64,000 bases of DNA from Octopus sinensis (Eukaryota). Location: assembly GCF_006345805.1 (NCBI RefSeq), contig NC_042997.1, positions 176,204,001 to 176,268,000 on the forward strand, read 5' to 3'. Position numbers and translations under genes: made by a program. Of this stretch, positions 61,979-64,000 are shown in pieces. The notes under the pieces were generated by a model. It was not told the DNA's origin, made no database searches, and saw nothing but the letters and a program-made list of their open reading frames with translations. Within the stretch, counting starts at the first letter, position 1; each line of letters starts with the position of its first letter.

Positions 61979-64000
61979 TATAGAATATTGTCTTAAGTCT
62001 CTGTCCAACACATGCCAGTATGGAATAACAGACTTTGAACAAAAAAAATATGTAATGTAAGATTACGTAAGAAAACTGTTTTGTTATTTAGTTGTTTGTA
62101 AGTTTAGATTCAACTGGAATATAGTATTTGGTTTTGTACATTCGAACTTTCTACTGCTGTAGTTCTCATATGTTAACTGTTGTAAAAGTTGTATTGTTTT
62201 CCTGTGAGCTAAGTATCTTCTGTATCTCTGATTCATGTAATTCACTTGACATCATATGAAGTTTTATCTTGTGAACTATGTTATATATACCATATAATGC
62301 ATGATAACCCAATTATACATGTATATACGTATATATGTGTGTGTGCTTGTGTGCGTGTGTGTATAGATAATTAAATGTGATATTTTTAACATTCTTTATT
62401 CAATAGGCATGGGTATCCTACGTTTCAAGCACTCATTATGCTTTTTGAATATTTCCCTCTCTGTATTATAGCAGTTTGCATGTTAGCTTTTATGTCACTG
62501 TATATATTGATATATAAGATGAAATCTGAAGTTTGAACTTGTTAACTAAAACTAAGTACTGGCATATATATATATATATATAATCAAAATAAGCAACAAG
62601 GATATCCAGAGGTTATCCTGGATATCCTTGTTGCTTATTTTGATTATAATAACCCCATTTTGAATTATATGGATAATACCATACCAAATTCTGGTGCCTT
62701 TAACTTAAGTACCATATTCAACTGTATATATATATATATATACATACACACACACACATACACATGCACATATATATATATATAAGATCTAAAACTATAG
62801 TTTACTACATGTTTGCAGTTCCAAATGTTATATGCTATAATATAAAGTATGCTGTGGTCATTGTAAAGTGGAAGCTAAGTTTGTTGTAAACCAAGTCCAG
62901 AATCTGTCTCCCATTCTCATTTGCAGCTTTTTCCCTTTGCTTATGTCACTCATTCCTTTGAAAGGACCTCATTGCTGCAACACTCATTTTCTCCACTCCC
63001 TGAGTCAGTGCAAAGCCAACTGAAAAATTACTTTGCAAACAACCAAACAATAGATTTATTTTGTTTTGTTTTGTTTTTTTTCAAATCAGTATAATATTGA
63101 TTGATTATATATTTGAATTTCTACGATAATTGCTAAAATATTAATTATTTTTAAAATAATTGAAACTTTCCAGAATTAGAACAATTAATTCTAATAATTT
63201 GTGTTTGTTACTTCTATGTTACATTTTGATGTGCAATATTTAATATTCAATAATAACATATTAGCATATATAAAATAAAGAAAATGTTTATTGCTAATTA
63301 TATTTAGAAGTTAATTCTTTGAATAATATTCTTTGAAGTAAAAGAAACAAAATTAAATGTTTATTTGCCACTGGCCAATTATTATTTTCTTTTTCCTTTT
63401 ACTGTGTGACAGGCTATATAATTGATCAAATTGACTTCAATATATCAATAGCAAATATTTTATTTATAAAAATAATCACAGCAGGATTTGAACTCAAAGC
63501 CATATTGACAAAATTAAACTTTATGATGCATCTAATTCTCTGCTCTGTCATTTCATTTCTTTAATCCTTTTTTTTAATTATTACCATACATTCACTCAAA
63601 TCATATTAATTTCCAACATTGGCACAATGTCACATTTTGATGAAGTGTATAGTTATGACAAGTATTTAATTTATTATCTGAAGAAAGATGAAGAGTACGG
63701 TTGGCTTCAGTAAGTTTTGAACTCAAAAATGTTAAGAGACATAAGGAATCACAACAGTTGTACCGATCCACCTACCTAGAGTATAGTATGCCGACATTAA
63801 GTGTAGAACCACTGAAAAATGTACAGAAACACAAGGAGAGAGTGAGAGTGTGTGTGTGTGTGTGATTTAATATCAATGCTGTTCATATGGTCTACTGGCC
63901 AGAGAAACACTTTTTTGCTTTGCATCATGTCATTACTGAAATGGGTTAGCTTCCACCTAAAATATGATTCACCAGAATCATGCCCATTAATTCTTCAGTA

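Overview
AT-rich, repeat-dense eukaryotic genomic DNA with no prokaryotic features. The SINE, LINE and microsatellite landscape suggests a cephalopod (octopus-like) genome; this is inference. One host protein-coding gene is recoverable on the + strand as five phase-consistent exons (30827-30970, 41944-42296, 44934-45060, 51192-51244, 53188-53296). They encode tandem CUE-like ubiquitin-binding domains separated by Ser/Pro/His-rich linkers, and neither end of the gene is resolved. The rest is intronic or intergenic and filled with mobile elements: a near full-length RTE LINE (45262-49550, minus, two frameshifts) nested in a TTAA/piggyBac-type MITE, many 5'-truncated copies of that RTE, a stack of R4/Dong-like elements at (TAA)n tracts, CR1/L2-group, Penelope-like and Tc1/mariner relics, Helitron-like non-autonomous elements and tRNA-derived SINEs. 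The main highlights are a C4HC3 PHD finger inside the RTE reverse-transcriptase ORF (seen in two copies), a hammerhead ribozyme candidate (11334-11428), a 372-bp TSD-flanked RTE-derived element with HDV-like ribozyme topology at its 5' end, a near-perfect 253-bp inverted duplication in an intron, and many fold-back palindromes. All assignments come from reading the sequence and recalling family motifs; no searches were run.
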